From: a virus | Strand: one strand, 5' to 3' | DNA: 64,000 nt | IMG/VR virus record: IMGVR_UViG_3300006028_000011 | Location: 1-64,000 of that record | In this document: positions 63,041 to 64,000 of the stretch, piece by piece | Layout of the letters: each line of letters starts with the position of its first letter | Numbering within the stretch: position 1 is the stretch's first letter | Notes under the pieces: generated by a model | What the model was told of the DNA's origin: nothing | Databases searched by the model: none | What the model saw: the letters and a program-made list of their open reading frames with translations, nothing else | Position numbers and translations under genes: made by a program

Positions 63041-64000
63041 TCAGCAGCCGGGCATGTCCTCGGAGAGGTGCGCGTGCGGGACGTTGTGCTGGCCGGACAC
63101 CCCCTGCGCCTCGGCCCACGCGATGACGGCGAAGGCCCACGAGCGCTCGGGCTCGGGGAGGCGGTGCGCGACCCGCTGGAGCCACGCGATCACGGCCGGC
63201 GGGGGGATCGGGAAGGGCGGCGGAGCCGGGCTCGGCGTGGGGGCGGGTGCGGGCGGTGCGTTGCCGCCGATCGAGTCCATGTCCGCGATGAGCGCGTCGA
63301 GCGCCAGGCCGCACGGCAGGGCGCGGCTGGAGAGGCGCTGGTAGTCGGAGGGGATGACGGCGTACTGCTCGCTGAAGTACGTGGCGACGAACGCCCAGGT
63401 CGCGCGCTGGAGCTGGCCCCAGGTGACCACCGTGACGCCGTGCGCGTCATAGCCCAGGATCGGCACGCAGTGCCCTCCGACGATGCCGCCGTCGTCGGAG
63501 ACCACGTCCCACGCCTTGCCGGCCTGGAACTGGTCGAGCGCGCTGGCCGGGACGTCGAACCCGCAGTAGAGGCCCGAGAACAGCCAGCAGGCCGCCTGGA
63601 GGTCCGCCTGGTTGGCGCTGACTGCCGCCCAGCCGAGGATCTTGTCCCCGGCGAGCCCGACGTCGCGCCACTGGGTGAGCGCCTGGACGCAGGTGCCGCC
63701 CTGATCGGTGCTCGGGTCGCCAGGGACGTACCCCAGGCCCTCGTATGCCTTGAGGATGTCGGCGTCGGAGACGATGCGCGGCGAGCCGTCGACCTCGGCG
63801 GTGAAGACCTCGGTCATGTGGGCCTGGCCCGCGATGAGGCAGTCCCCGAGCTGGTCGTTGAGGTCCATCGGCCACGAGGCGATCCCGGCCGTGTAGTTCA
63901 CCGCCGCCGGGCCGGCTGGGAGGTCGCGCAGGTAGGCGCGGAGTCGGAGCTGGCGCTGGAGGACGGCGTGCGGGGTCGGGTGGCGGCCGAGGCGGTAGGG
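63041..64000 (-). CDS. Papain-like (C1) cysteine peptidase, 5' end beyond the window
   Basis: NDQLGDC, GGHCV, VTWG; the frame stays open to the window edge. Confidence 0.7.
   Translation of the reverse strand, partial: PYRLGRHPTPHAVLQRQLRLRAYLRDLPAGPAAVNYTAGIASWPMDLNDQLGDCLIAGQAHMTEVFTAEVDGSPRIVSDADILKAYEGLGYVPGDPSTDQGGTCVQALTQWRDVGLAGDKILGWAAVSANQADLQAACWLFSGLYCGFDVPASALDQFQAGKAWDVVSDDGGIVGGHCVPILGYDAHGVTVVTWGQLQRATWAFVATYFSEQYAVIPSDYQRLSSRALPCGLALDALIADMDSIGGNAPPAPAPTPSPAPPPFPIPPPAVIAWLQRVAHRLPEPERSWAFAVIAWAEAQGVSGQHNVPHAHLSEDMPGC

Larger units (their letters stand above)
1..64000. mobile_element. Temperate phage / phage-plasmid genome segment (extends beyond both window edges)
   Basis: Capsid, portal, terminase, integrase, excisionase and replication genes, plus many short overlapping (GTGA/ATGA) phage-type ORFs; no host housekeeping genes seen. 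Confidence 0.92.

Overview
High-GC, gene-dense window, mostly encoded on the minus strand, that reads as a temperate phage or phage-plasmid genome. The host is unknown; a high-GC soil lineage is an inference. Left to right: dTDP-sugar and glycosyltransferase genes directly downstream of a T4 gp23-like major capsid gene; a head module (protease/scaffold, gpF-like protein, gp20-like portal, TerL, TerS); a Cre-like recombinase with an 11-7-11 inverted-repeat site; a replication initiator with iterons; three DNA-modification genes; an integrase/excisionase with an apparently intact attP; recombination genes; a divergent promoter region with a Nudix/toxin-antitoxin cassette; HTH regulators; and a membrane/transglycosylase cluster. 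The main feature is a complete compact type V CRISPR-Cas locus at 51210-56201 (minus strand): a ~560 aa TnpB-like Cas12 effector whose RuvC-III Asp appears replaced by Thr, a 15-spacer array with 37-nt repeats, then cas1-cas2-cas4. Also notable is a duplicated ~80-nt structured RNA motif with a GNRA/UUCG tetraloop swap (42911 and 59092). All family assignments come from motif recognition by eye; no database searches were run.
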